DNA from: Octopus vulgaris
Taxonomy: Eukaryota
Length of the DNA: 64,000 bases
Direction: 5' to 3'
Assembly (NCBI GenBank): GCA_951406725.2
Contig: OX597830.1
Span: forward strand, 63,054,001-63,118,000
A program made the translations under genes and the position numbers. Below the pieces are notes generated by a model, which saw only the letters and a list, made by a program, of their open reading frames with translations, did no database searches and was not told where the DNA came from. The number at the start of each line of letters is the position of its first letter. Position 1 is the first letter of the stretch. This document shows, in pieces, positions 51,913 through 64,000 of this stretch.

Positions 51913-52045
51913 ATTTTCAGTCAACCAGAATATGCTATGGAGTTCATTGTTTGTGAAAGTTATATGTTAAAAAATCTGTGTGTTTTTTGGAGATGTAGAA
52001 TGATTCTAAATGTCTAAGATGTATGCAAATTAACACTATTTGTAG

Positions 52046-52152
52046 CCAATCAAAGCAGCTCCTCCTGGGAAGAAATATGTCCGGTGCCCATGTCATTGTC
52101 TCCTCATCTGCAAGGGAGCTTCTCAAAGAATTGCTTGCCCTCGACCAGATTG
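52046..52152 (+). CDS. TMEM55: TMEM55/PIP4P coding exon 3 (contains CX5R motif CKGASQR)
   Basis: TAG acceptor, GTAAGA donor. Encodes [35 protein letters not shown](C), the most conserved TMEM55 segment; phase 0 in, phase 2 out. Confidence 0.97.
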
Positions 52153-52299
52153 GTAAGAAAGTTTCCTTTTTACTTTCTCCCCCTTCAATCTTTTCCCCCT
52201 CTGTCTTTGCTCTCTTTCCTCCTTCTGCTTTCTTCATTCTATTCACCGTTTCTCCTTCTTTTAAACTCAAGATGTGATTAGTTCTTCATCCAAAACCCT

Positions 52300-52890
52300 G
52301 CTGATGTCAAATTTGCCTTTCATCCTTTTGGGGTTAGTAAAATAAAGTACCAGTCAAGGGCAGGAGTCAATGTAATCAATTATCCCCTTCTGCTAAAATC
52401 GCTGGCCTTGTGCTAAAATTATTATTATTATTATTATTAAAGTAGCAAGCTAGCAGAATCGTTGCCATGCTGGACAAAATGCTTAGCAGTATTTTGCCCA
52501 TCGTTATATTCTGAGTTCAAATTTCACCACGGTCAATTTTGCCTTCTATCCTTTCAGGGTCAATAAATTAAGTACCAGTTGAATACTGGGGCTGATGTAA
52601 TTGGCTATCTCCTTTTCCCCAAATTTCAGGCCTTGTGCCTATAGTAGAAAAGATTATTATTATTAAGGTGGTGAGCTGGTAGAATTGTTAGCATGCCGGG
52701 CAAAATGCAGTTAAGCATTTTGCCCATGGCTCCATTCTGAGTTCAAATTCTGTCAAGGTATACTTTGCCTTTCATCCTTTTAGGGTTCATAAAATAAGCA
52801 CCCGTTGAGTATTGGATCAATGTAATTGATTATCCCCCTCTCCACAAAATTCCAGGCCTTTGTGCCTATAGTAAAAAGGGTTATTATAAT
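52300..52890 (+). repeat. Three tandem SINE copies joined by (ATT)n
   Basis: Repeated gcagaatcgttagcatg...ctgagttcaaatt...tttgcctttcatcctttcggggtcaataaaataagtacc...ggccttgtgcc. Confidence 0.85.
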
Positions 52891-53001
52891 CTGGTAGAAT
52901 CAATAGAACAGTAGACAAAATACCTTGTGGTTTTGTATCCATTTGAAATTCTGAATATAACTCCCACCCAAGCTGACTTACCAGGAGCAACGAAATATGT
53001 A

Positions 53002-53497
53002 CCATAACTCCTTGAGTATAATCCGCCATTTTTTTCCCAAAATTTTATGGGCAAAATCCCTAGTGTGTACTATATACGAAGTCAAAAATGAAAAATATTT
53101 TCTAAGCAATGTCCAAGTCTCTACTTGCTGTCCGGCAATGTTTATTCGGTAGCATTTTGTGATGTCAGTCACCGAAAATACCTTAAGCTAAGCCTGAAAG
53201 CAATGAAGTCATAAAAGAATCATCCATAACTTGCAGTAAGCAACATTTATTAAATGTTATTACTGTTATTTCTTTATTTTCTGCAAACAAAATGCACAAA
53301 AAAGCTACACATTTGCATTATGTTATATATACAATAATAATAAAGGATGTTACTATATACAGTTTTACAAACCAAGGACGTTATATAGACCACCTTGGCT
53401 CAAGTTAGAGAAGGGGTGCATATTATACACAAGGTTTAGGTTTTCCAGAGGTACAGCCCCCTAAAATCCCCTGCATATTATACTCAAATATTTACGT
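53002..53497. mobile_element. pogo/Tigger-like MITE
   Basis: TA|CCATAACTCCTTGAGTATAATCCGC ... TGCATATTATACTCAAATATTTACGT|TA. A similar shorter degenerate element lies at ~40381-40545. Confidence 0.7.
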
Positions 53498-55042
53498 TAC
53501 TTGTTAAGTCCTTAGATCAATGTAGGGGACTCTATCCTTTTAAGTGTACAACTTTGTCCCTATGTTATAATAATGTGTGTGTGTGTGTGCGCATGCTGTC
53601 TGTGTGTTAAGAAATCTTCCTAGTTACCTGGTTCCAAGTTCAGTTCCGCTGCTTGGCACCTTATTCCTCATAATGTAGTGAAACAGCAGGAAGACCAAAT
53701 AAAATATATCTTGGGGCTTATTTAGTTATGTCCCCTAATGTTCTGTTAAAATCCCTCCTTGATCAACTTTGCCTTTCAGCTATTCTTGAGTCATTAACTC
53801 TTTGCCTCTCCAAAGCATAAATTTCTCCGAAATGTCCATGCTTTTTTGAAAACTTTTAATTAGCCCTTTCGTACATTCTCATTAATATAATGCCTTCCTT
53901 TCATAACTCCCAAGTTACTCTTAGGTTTGAAATGTGTATTATGAATGCTAGGAAAGTATGTCTTTTGTATCACATGTGATACACACACAGGTACTCTGTC
54001 AGTTATGATGATGAGGGTTCCAGTTGAACCAATCAACGGAACAGCCTACTCATGAAATTAACGTGCAACTGGCTGAGCGCTCCACAGACATGCGTGTCCT
54101 TAACGTAATTCTCAGGGAGATTCAGCATGATACAGAATGCGATGAGGCTGACCCTTTGAATTACAAGTACAACTCATTTTTGCCAGCTGAGTGGACTGGA
54201 GCAATGTGAAATAAAGTGTCTTGCTCAAAGACACAATACCCTGCTGATAATTTAACTCATGACCTTATGATCATCAACTGAATACCCAAACCACTAAGCC
54301 ATGTGTCTTCACCTGTGATGTACAGCACTGGCAAAGGCTTATGTAACAACCACTCAAATGCCAGGAAAGGATTCATTGAATTCATACGATACATATTTTA
54401 GACCAGACCCTGTATAGTACATATTTCCCTGTTAATGTAACTTGAACCTGGGTTTGATATGTTTTTATACTCAGTGTCTGTGGACAGAGATTTTTCTCCA
54501 AGACAAAATCCCACAACAAATGCCTCTCACATTCGAATGTGCAAGAGCGTCAAAAAGTTAGTCCACACTTTATCATATTAATGTTGGCGGCTTCGTGTGC
54601 CTGTGCTATATTAATTCTCCTTTGGTAAAACACCATTGAAAAACCCTGTTTGCTATTTTTTGTGAAAAGCATTCTGCCTTCATTTCAGCTAACAGAAGAG
54701 GTAAAAATCTCCCTGGAACATTGTCTGGATTCCTGCTGATGTCACTTGGAACTCAGCCCAATGAGTTTTATACATAGTGTAAAGAGAGACTGTTTTCTCC
54801 AAGACAAAATCCAGCAGCAAATGCCTTTCACATTCTGATATGCAAGAGTATATAAAAATAAATGTACAACCAAAAGCATCCAGTCTTAGAAAGCAGGTTT
54901 TAGGAAAGGCCTCCAGTCTTAGAGACCATACCAAAACAGACATTGGAGCCAATATAATCCTTTAGTTCATTGGGACCTGTTCAACTGTCCAACCCATTCC
55001 AGCATGGAAGACGAATGTTAAATAATGATCTTTATAAAAATA

Positions 55043-55445
55043 CTAGCAGTATTGCCCAGCGTTGCTCGGGTTTTTTCAATCCTTTTTTCAATCCTTTAGA
55101 ATTGGAATTTTTGAAAAGTAAAAATTTTGCATTATATAGCTTGTTATTCTCTTTAAGTAAACATTTTTCTGGTTGAAATACACCGTAAAATGGCGACACA
55201 GCAGTCAAAAAGTCGTCAAAAATAGGGATTTTCATAGAAAAAAAGCACCTTTTTAATGTAAATAATTTTTGGTGTTAACATGGTCCGATTTGAATTTTTT
55301 CTTCTACGGAAGGAAGAGCAAGCCTTCTTCTATCATACTCTCAATTTTGGTCAACTTGCACCGCAGGGTCTTGGAGGAGATAGTGTTAGTTGAAGGCTAT
55401 AAAACCTGCCATACACAGACAACCTCGGCTTTATATATATAGAGA
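55043..55445 (-). mobile_element. Non-autonomous Helitron
   Basis: Same 3' hairpin-CTAG terminus as 14221-14737 (ctagcagtattgcccagcgttgctcgggtt) and a TC(TC)TATATATATAAA 5' end. Confidence 0.85.
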
Positions 55446-56088
55446 TTAATTACTATTAATATATTTCTATATGGTGGCGAGCTGCCACATTCATTAGCAT
55501 GCCAGGCTAATGCTTGGCAGCATTTATGTCTTTGTGTTCTGAGTTTAAATTCTGCCAAGGTCAATTTTGCCTTTCAGCCCTTTGATGTTGATGAAACAAG
55601 TGCTAGTTGATCCCTGCGGTCCATCTTATCAACTTACCCCTCCCTAAAATTGCTGGACTTGTGCCAAACTTTAAAGCTCTTACACTTGACTTTCCCCTTC
55701 TGGCTCAGTCCTGGCATTTGCTTTCACCATCACCAAACTGGCCAGAATAAATTAATCAGGGAGCCTCTACATATTCACTCAGTCTGCTAGAAATAGCAAT
55801 CAAATCTCTTTCAAATACGCCTTATTGTCTTATAAATGGTGAGGCTACATTAAATAATGTAGTCCTAGACATATTTTACAAAAAAAAGTCAAACGGTAAT
55901 AGGTAGAATTCTTTGATCTCAAAAGTTTGCTGGATTAGGGGTTGAACTACGGCTAAACAACAACAATAATAAACAAATCTTCCTCCTGGCTTCTCACTCA
56001 CCTTGATGCCTGTCCAGTTAACCAATTCTGTGCTTGACATCTCAGCCATTTACACCTGTAACCTGTTCTATTTCTGTTTCAATTGTAG

Positions 56089-56185
56089 CAAAAGAATTAT
56101 CAATCTCAGTCCTGCTCCAACAGTTATGATGCATTCACCTGGAACCAGTCACATTGAGTGTGCACATTGTGCCAAAACATTTTTG
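56089..56185 (+). CDS. TMEM55: TMEM55/PIP4P coding exon 4
   Basis: TAG acceptor, GTAATT donor. Encodes (C)KRIINLSPAPTVMMHSPGTSHIECAHCAKTFL; phases are consistent with neighbours. Confidence 0.95.
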
Positions 56186-56659
56186 GTAATTATTTAGCTT
56201 TTTTTTTCCTGTTTTTTTTTTAATGAATTTAACCCGTTAGCATTCAGATTAATCTGTCAACTGTAATGCTTATGTATCCACATTGTTTTGAATGAATTCT
56301 GCATTGTCTTGTAGTTTTGAGATTTTGATGATTGTTTATTTTTAGGAGGACATAGTAGAGTAGGTGTGAAAGGTCAGGTCAGGCCGGTTTGAACATACAG
56401 TAGATAGAATATTTGGGCTTCATTCAGCCGGTTTAAATGCTAAAGGCTTAAACTCTTCACCATTTCCAATCACAGCCTACATGGGACTATTAGTTTTCAT
56501 GTTACAAACTGCCCCTTTCTTACCTAAAAATACCACCCCAGTTTCCATGTTACATACTGTACCTGCCAGACCCTAAATACCCATATTAAAAAGTTCAGGT
56601 TTTAATTAAAATTTCAACCAAAATGAGTTTTCAGGAGACTAAAGTTCAATAATTTTTAG

Positions 56660-57045
56660 AAAGTCGTTGTATACTGTCAACTTAATGTGACAGTCCCATG
56701 AAGGGAATCATGCTACTGCTATTTAGCCCTAAGAAGCAGCAATGCTTTCTGTCGGCCTTGATACATTTCCTGTGTCCTTATGTTTGCAAGGGGGAGATAA
56801 GCACCTCCACCCAGCTAAGCCTGCATCCAGAGACTAGTTTCTGAGTTTTTGCTCGTCATCAGTCTGGAGTAGCATGGCCTGCTGGTTTGGAGATGCCTAT
56901 CTAGCCTTTGCAAACATATAAAAATTCTAGTGAAATACATTCACTGATTACAAAAATAGAAATAATATATTTCTAAATATCTCAGATTTATGCAGTAGTG
57001 GTGGTACGATAAAGTAGTTGTATACTGTCACATTAAGTTGACATA
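56660..57045 (-). mobile_element. Small non-autonomous element carrying the hammerhead (Penelope pLTR/retrozyme-like)
   Basis: Near-direct terminal repeats AAAGTMGTTGTATACTGTCA at 56660 and 57011. A long imperfect internal hairpin (56779-56918) is capped by the hammerhead. Confidence 0.5.
56822..56874 (-). ncRNA. Type I hammerhead ribozyme (Penelope/retrozyme-like)
   Basis: Minus strand reads UGC UAC UCCAGA-CUGAUGA-C GAG CAAAAA CUC A-GAAA-CUA GUC-UCUGGA UGCA. Core is complete, stem I is UCCAGA/UCUGGA, stem II is GAG/CUC, the short stem III ACUAGU is palindromic, and the cleavage triplet is GUC. Confidence 0.8.
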
Positions 57046-57945
57046 ATGTGGTGGCACACTGTGCCAGGAGGTTAATTGTCACTGTCATTGTTTCATGGTC
57101 TTCTACGTAACTTAGATAATGAAACAAAATTGGGAGTGTGTATATATGTGAGAGAGTGGAGGTATGTGTAATGTGTGCATGCCTGCCATTAGCATCCGTA
57201 TGTGTGGGAATTGAGGGAGAGAACTTGCTTTTATGAAAAACCTTGTTTATCCTCAGAATTATAAACAAGTAAAATATTCCGTTTCAATAGTTTCAATCAG
57301 TTAACTTTGTTCAGTATATTTTGTTGCATATATGTTATTAGGTACTATATATATAATTTGTGTGTGTGTGTATATATATATTCATGTATGTATAGAGTGT
57401 TGGAAGTGGTGTACATCATCATCAATATGTTAATGTCCATTTTCCATGCTGGCATGGGTTGGACAGCTTGACAGGCCAGCTGACAAGGCCAGAGAGAGCA
57501 CCAAGTTCCATAATCTCTTTTGGCTTGGTTTCTATGGCTGGATGCTCTTCCTAACACCAACCACTTTATAATGTGTACTGGGTGCTTTTTACTTAGCACT
57601 CTGGTTTTAAGATCTCAGTTCTGTTGTAGTGGATGTGTCGTCTCAAGTACAGCAATGCATAACATATCTTGGTCCTTTGTCACCTCCATAAGGTTCAGCA
57701 TTTAGGATTTAGATAAAAATGATTTATCTAGTGCTTTCATCTCTTTTGAGAGATTCACCATGAATGGTATATTTTTATAGAATATTTGTACATTTTTATA
57801 TATGTATGTAAAATTTAGAGCTGAGTTTTTCTTGGGTTTTGGGAGAAGTTGGATGTTCTTTGTCATTTTGAATCTGTGTGTGTGTGTGTGTGTAAGTATT
57901 TGTGTAGTGAATTTTTGGAGGCTTGGTTAGAAAGAGAAAGCTATT

Positions 57946-58808
57946 TGAGGTGGTATCAAAAAGTTTCAGGATTAATTATATTTATAAAAAGCAACTTATG
58001 TAAGTTTTAACATCATCTCCTTCGAAATAGTCACCTTACGCAGCAATACACTGGTCCCAGCATTCCTGCCACTTTTGGAATCCAGCCAGGAAGTCGTTTT
58101 TTGTGAGTGAGTCGAGAACATTCTGTGATTCAGTCTAGATCTTAACGGTGTTAAAATGGTGGCCTTTGGGCCGCATTTTTATCTTGGGGAAGAGATGGAA
58201 GTCCACAGGTGCTAAATCTGGCAAATAGAGCAGGTGGGGAAGTGATATCATGTTGTTATTAGTGAGAATCTCAAAAGCAAGGAGAGATTAGTGACAGGGT
58301 GCCTTGTTGTTGTGAAGAATCCAATTCTTTTTGCTCCACAGATTTGGTTGCTTTTGCTGATCCAGTTGTTTTTCCCTCAAACACTTCAAAATGTCACAGT
58401 AGAACTTTTGATTGATGGTCCGGCTCCAAGGGTGATGCTCATGGCAGATCTTCCAGATCACTCATTGCCTTCCAGAGACATTCTTCTACTTTTGAAGTGG
58501 CCGTGCCACTCGAAACATTGCATGCGACCCATTGCCTCTTTGCTGGAACATGCTCAATGTTCTTTGTAGCAGACTTCCCACGTTTAACACAGAATTTCAC
58601 ATTGGTTCCTATTCTTCTCCATGACAAATTTCAGGCTACCACATGCACATCATCACAAATTTCACAACTTGCAAAGTAAACACAGTGATGTCACTCAGCA
58701 TACTGCCTCATGAAAGGTCACTGTTAGCTCTCACTGCACGCACAATTGCGTGCTGCCATCTGTTGGCATGCTATGGAACTAGTCTGGGGACTTTTTGATA
58801 CTACGTTG
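57946..58808 (-). mobile_element. Internally deleted mariner transposon in TMEM55 intron 4
   Basis: TIRs TGAGGTGGTATCAAAAAGTTTCAGGATT / AGTCTGGGGACTTTTTGATACTACGTTG-TA; NVKFCVKRGKSAT HTH remnant. Confidence 0.85.
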
Positions 58809-58957
58809 TATACATAAAAATTATGAATAAAAACATTTAAAATGCAATGTTGATCTTTAATACTTGGTGGTTACTTCTGATCAAGCCAGTGGAACATCCA
58901 CTGTGCCAGCTAATAATAATAATAATAATGATAATTTGAAATATTAATTTGTTGCAG

Positions 58958-59007
58958 TTTAATGTTCGATCAACATCATTGGTACGATGTCCACATTGTC
59001 GGCGAGT
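58958..59007 (+). CDS. TMEM55: TMEM55/PIP4P coding exon 5
   Basis: GCAG acceptor, GTAAGT donor. Encodes FNVRSTSLVRCPHCRR(V), matching the family LARCPHCRKV motif. Confidence 0.95.
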
Positions 59008-60098
59008 GTAAGTACTCAGTTTATCTATCTATCTATACATACATGTGTGTGTATATATATATATATATATATACACACATGCAACTCTGAATTGTCAATA
59101 CCATAGTAAAGAGTTTGTCTTAGAATTAATATTTGTACACAAGTGTATGGGATACTCAACCACTCATATGCTAATTTGATGAGCAGGTATTTTAGTTGAT
59201 CAAACAACTGAACCTTTGTTATTGAATGACAATCATCTTATTAATTGTCATTTAAGTTTGTACACTCTACTGCAACACAACACCCTACCTTCATCATAAT
59301 ACAGTATTCTACACTATACCGCAATGCAGTGCTGTACTGCAACATACTACAGGATCCTGCCTACATCATAATACAGCAAAGCTACAATATATGGTGGACT
59401 CCCTTGTTACTTTGACGAATGAGGCTTCTGCAAATCACAGTTTCTGGTGCTGGCATTTTGGTTTCCTGAACAACCTGTGTGATGACCATTATTAAAATGA
59501 GCAAGCTGGCAGAATTGTTAGCCGACTGGACAAGATGCTTAATAGCATTTTGTCTGTCTGCCTTCAGTTCAAATGCTGCTGAGATTGACATCTGCCTTCA
59601 GCATAGATGAAATTAAGTACCAGTTGAGTACAGAGTGAGGTTGATGCAATCAATTATCCCCCCTTCCCCCAAATTTCAGGCCTTGTGCCTATCGTAGAAA
59701 GGATTATTGTAGCAGGTATGGCTTGTGCAGAACCAGTCCCACTGGCTTGCCTTTCAGACTTGTATAGGTCTATTGCAACAAGTGTTTTGAGCCTAGTAGT
59801 TATCAGGAGGTGGGATCTGAATAGAGTTACCTTCTCTTAGATGAGCAGCTGAAGAGCTGAAGGGTCTCATCTCTCCTGGGTCCACTGGGGCATTTACGAG
59901 AGACCTTTTTTACAGAGGCAATTTCTTTATCATCATGCTAATTAACCCATATCGGTGTCCTGACAAGTTCTGCTTCTCTGGGTCAGTTTAGCCCTAGGAA
60001 TAATATATACACTATTGCAGTACAATTCTTTTTTCTACTGAATTTCCTCTCCTTTTCAATGGTTTCTGATCTTCCCATGTGTTTCTGTAATCTTTCAG

Positions 60099-60189
60099 TT
60101 CAGCAGTTGGACCTTCGTATGTGCGGAAAAAAGCAATTGTTTATACAGCGTTAGGTGTAATTCTCTTGGGAACTGCCATAGTACTGACA
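60099..60189 (+). CDS. TMEM55: TMEM55/PIP4P coding exon 6 (first transmembrane helix)
   Basis: TTTCAG acceptor, GTAAGG donor. Encodes (V)SAVGPSYVRKKAIVYTALGVILLGTAIVLT: a basic patch followed by a hydrophobic helix. Confidence 0.93.
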
Positions 60190-61300
60190 GTAAGGAATCC
60201 TTATTTTCTCTCTTCTGTGTTAAAATCATTTACCGTTCCAAACAATGTTGGTTGTTTTCACTTTTACAGATTTCTATTTCACTGTTCAAAACTTGATTTC
60301 AGAAAATTTCTGAGACAAGTCCCTGTTAATTAAATTGTATTTCGTTTTTGGATTTGGTTTTTAAGATTCTCGATTCACATTCAAACTAGTGTGTCAAAAA
60401 GTAGTTTATTGTGTTTTTTGTTGTGTCCAGGAGAGATTCATTATGCCAATAACATGTATGTGCTTGTCAGCATAATGAAACTTTCAATTTACAACTAAAC
60501 CAAATCATAATTTGATTTTGAGAGCCATTCCTGAAACTGATCTGGAGCAGGGAGGGCATGTCGTTGAAGAGGCCACAAATGATGACAAAAGAACTTTGGT
60601 AAAAACACTTGATTAGCTGAATGATTAATTGAACAATCGATTAGTTGATTGTTATTTGTCAACTGGTTAGTTATTTAACCAAAGAAATGAATTAGAACTT
60701 GTGTATGTGTGTGTGTTATTGGCATTATGACCCTCCCAAGATACGACTAATTCTGTTTCAACACACACATTCACATCAAGGATCTTGCAAACCAAATACA
60801 GAAACAAAATATTCCACATTAAAATTTATCTACTTAATTGCTTTATCTTTAGAAACAAGAATTTTTCTTTTAATATTGATATTTACACTGTTTCATCTCA
60901 TTCATTCCTTGATTATTCTTGGGTTTGTTTCATTCCTGGATGAATACATAATTCTAGACTGGACTTGAACATGGTTAAGGAACCGAAATTCCTAGTTAGA
61001 GTCCTGTCTGTTACTTTATGCACATCCAGAAAAGAAAACACCTGTTAATGATTACAAATTGAAACTAGATATCAGTACAAATATTAAATCATCTTTGATT
61101 ATTTCTAATGGTGAGGTTAATTGAAATGAAAGATTGTCTTTAGTGTGTGTTTGTAAAAGAGTCAGTTGTCTCTATCCTTGTGCGTGTATAAAGGGCCTTC
61201 TTTAGTTAGTCTTTCCAGGACTGTTTATGGTGTGTGTCTGTTTGTGTGTGTGATTGTAAATGGTGAGATACCTGTATTCTTTAATACTCTTCTCTTGCAG

Positions 61301-61355
61301 GTGATGACTTACCAGCTTGCTATGAAAAACAAAGGAATATATGCTGCCTGGGCAG
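61301..61355 (+). CDS. TMEM55: TMEM55/PIP4P coding exon 7 (luminal loop; gene continues past window)
   Basis: TTGCAG acceptor, GTGAGT donor. Encodes VMTYQLAMKNKGIYAAWA+G, matching the family GIYAAWA motif. No stop codon or second TM exon was found before 64000. Confidence 0.92.
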
Positions 61356-61540
61356 GTGAGTAAAAGAGAATTTCCTGCTAGTTTCAGTTGGTAACTAAAA
61401 CACATTTGGTTCTAATAATGTAAATCTAAGAACAAAGATATTAAGAACAACTCACAAATTAGCCATATATATATATATATATATATATATGAGTTGTAGT
61501 GAGTTTAGATGAGTTGTAGTGCACCTGAGCACTGTACACA

Positions 61541-61577
<37 letters not shown>

Positions 61578-62664
61578 CATATACACACACACACCGTCTC
61601 CTTTGATTCAATCCTTAACCATGACAGTTCTTCAGGCTTATACTCCCATTATATAAACTACCATAGAAAACATATAAAACTCCATATTTGCCGCATCTAA
61701 CTCCACACACCATGTACATGCACACAAACACATAGTCGCACATGCACAGTTACTCACACACACACAAACACATGTACAGTTATACACACACAGACACACA
61801 CTGGACAAATCTCTTCCCAAATCTATCCCCGTCCACTCTGCCAGGTTCACTGCACTGCAAACACATGTGCCAAGTGTGGAAGTGTCTTGGGTCATTTTAA
61901 TCCCACAAAGCCCCCCCCCCCTCCCATCCCTGACAATGTTCCCCACTTCTATTGCCTGCAAATGATGCACTCCAGAGCCATCCCATTTTCCTCAGCAAAC
62001 ACATCAGTCTCCTTTCATTCCTCTTACCCTGTCTGTCTGTCTGTCCTCAAGACATTATCATCATTTAATGTGCTCGTTTCCATACTTAAATAGGTTTGAT
62101 GGAATTTATTGATGCAGATTTTCAATTGCCAGATGCCTCGCCTGTCTCCAAACAAGGTGATATTTTCCCCACAGAAGGCTGGGTATAAACAAACTTACAT
62201 GTAGGATTGTGACACTTGTTTACAGCCACCATGTGATGTCACAACAAAGGTACACACACACACACCTATTTATGATAGGTTTCTTCCAGTTTGTCTGCCA
62301 AATCCTCTCACAAGATTTTGGTTGGCCAGAAGCTATAATAGAAGACACTTGATGCCGTGCAGTGGGACTGAAGCTGAGATTATATGGTTAAAAATCCAGC
62401 TTCGTAACCACACAGCCTTTATGCTATATAAAATTGTTGTTAACACCAAGTCAAGGTCTACAACCAATCATAGAGGGCCATAACTCCAAATAAAAACTGA
62501 CTTTGATTGCAACAACTTGTCTTAACCTATGGCAGCAAAGAAAAGGGAACTTGAGGCAGATGACAATGATCTGCTTGAGTCAGAAATGAGTGCAAAGGAA
62601 TCTTTTTTTTTCCTCTTTCTTTTTATTTACCTCTGGAGGATTGGAAATTTTTCAATGGCTAAAA

Positions 62665-62780
62665 TCAAGAAGCTCTACTGATGCTCTCTTTGTAGTTTGG
62701 TAACTGCAGGAGAAGTACTTAGCAAAAAGTAAACCACTGTACTTTGTATCCATTGATCTGAAGAAAGCCTTTGACTGGGT
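62665..62780 (+). mobile_element. RTE reverse-transcriptase fragment
   Basis: RSSTDALFVVW*LQEKYLAKSKPLYFVSIDLKKAFD. Confidence 0.8.
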
Positions 62781-63054
62781 GGTTACTGTGAAAACAACCT
62801 ACACATGGTAACATACAATGAGCTTCCTTCAGTTTCTACCTACCAAATTCACTCAAGGCTTTGCTTGGCCCAGGGTTACAGTAGGAGTCATTTACCCAAG
62901 GTGGCTATGCAATGGGACTGAACCTGAAACCATGTTGTTGGGAGGTAAACTTCTTAACCACACAGCCATACTTGCACCTATTTGTGTGTGTGTGTGTGTA
63001 CATAGACATAGACATTTTCCTTTGTGTACTTGCAATCCTGTTCTGTTTATAAAA

Positions 63055-63185
63055 CAGAAGAAAACGTGAATCACGCAAGTCCAGAGCCAACTCCTTCCCT
63101 TCACTCGCAGCAGATCACCAGTGCCTGACCTGCAGCAGAACCATCCAAGCACACATCGAACTGATTGGCAGAGCTGGACACACAA
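63055..63185 (+). mobile_element. RTE C-terminal zinc-knuckle fragment
   Basis: KRESRKSRANS...HQCLTCSRTIQAHIELIG resembles the RTE CxxCxRxFxAxIGLxSH motif. Confidence 0.65.
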
Positions 63186-63595
63186 TGCCCTGTTGTCTTC
63201 TCCCATGTGATATCCCTAGTCACTGTCGACGACAAATTAATAATACACACGCACATAAAAAGCACCATCCGAACGTGGCCGATGCCAGCGCCGCCTTAGC
63301 TGGCTTCCGTTACGATGGCACATTAAAAGCACCAACCGATCGTGGCCGATGCCGGACCCCCTGGCACCTGTGCAGGTAACACGTAAAAAGCACCCACTAC
63401 ACTCACGGAGTGGTTGGCGTTAGGAAGGGCATCCAGCTGTAGAAACTCTGCCAGATCAGACTGGAGCCTGGTGCAGCCCCTGGCTTCCCAGACCCCGGTC
63501 GAACCGTCCAACCCGTGCTAGCGCGGAAAACGGACGTTAAATGATGATGATGATGTATATATTACATGTATGCACACACACACACACACATATAC

Positions 63596-64000
63596 ACGTG
63601 TGTATGGATGAGGACAGCTGTATAAAGAAGTGCCAAGCTCTAATTGTGGAAGGTACCTGTGGGAGGGGGTTGTCCCAGGAAGGTATGGGACGAAGTGGTG
63701 AGAAAGGATCTTTGGACGTTGGGCCTCACTGAGAAAACGACAAGGGACTGGGAGGTGTGGCGATTTGCTGTACTTGATGAGACATTTCAATCTAAGTAAA
63801 ATCGCTGTCTTCCACAAAAACAGGGTTGTCCTTTTGGGTGTCAGTGCTGTGTAAACGCACCCTTGCCAGTGGCACATAAAAAGTACCTGACACGCTGTTC
63901 ACCCAGCACACTCTGTAAAATGGTTGGCATCAGGAGGGGCATCCAGCCATAGAAACCATGTCTCAACAGACAGTTGGACTCTAAACAGTTCCCTGCTAGC
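63596..64000 (+). mobile_element. RTE LINE 3' end plus 3' UTR
   Basis: CMDEDSCIKKCQALIVEGTCGRG...WRFAVLDET runs directly into ggcacataaaaag...ggttggcatcaggaggggcatccagcc. Confidence 0.8.

Noticed and set aside
52023-52277. ORF-track proteins overlapping exon 3 (MQINTICSQ..., MPMSLSPH...)
   Set aside because: Wrong frames; the true exon frame encodes [16 protein letters not shown].
63055-63130. Candidate last TMEM55 exon after AAACAG
   Set aside because: It does not encode the expected second transmembrane helix; another frame matches an RTE zinc-knuckle remnant.

Overview
Eukaryotic, AT-rich, microsatellite- and transposon-dense genomic DNA. The repeat families and (TA)n/(TG)n/(CAT)n/(AAT)n load point to an octopus or other coleoid cephalopod genome; this is an inference, not a database match. 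One host gene is supported: a + strand TMEM55/PIP4P (lysosomal PtdIns(4,5)P2 4-phosphatase family) gene. I can thread seven coding exons with consistent GT-AG phases (6605-6707, 49312-49514, 52046-52152, 56089-56185, 58958-59007, 60099-60189, 61301-61355). The first intron is 42.6 kb and the last exon lies beyond the window. The rest is decayed or non-autonomous mobile DNA: an R4/Dong-type LINE split by a mariner, other mariner/Tc1 copies, a piggyBac with a CR1 insert, TTAA MITEs, hAT- and pogo-like MITEs, three Helitron-type elements, RTE/CR1 fragments and several SINE families. The most notable signal is a near-canonical type I hammerhead ribozyme (minus strand, 56822-56874) at the tip of a ~55-bp stem, inside a ~390-bp element with odd terminal repeats. 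Also notable: a second inverted pair of hammerhead-like cores (38277-38472), a CLEAR/SREBP-type E-box and two upstream ATGs at the TMEM55 start, and MITEs inserting repeatedly into the same TTAA of a related MITE.
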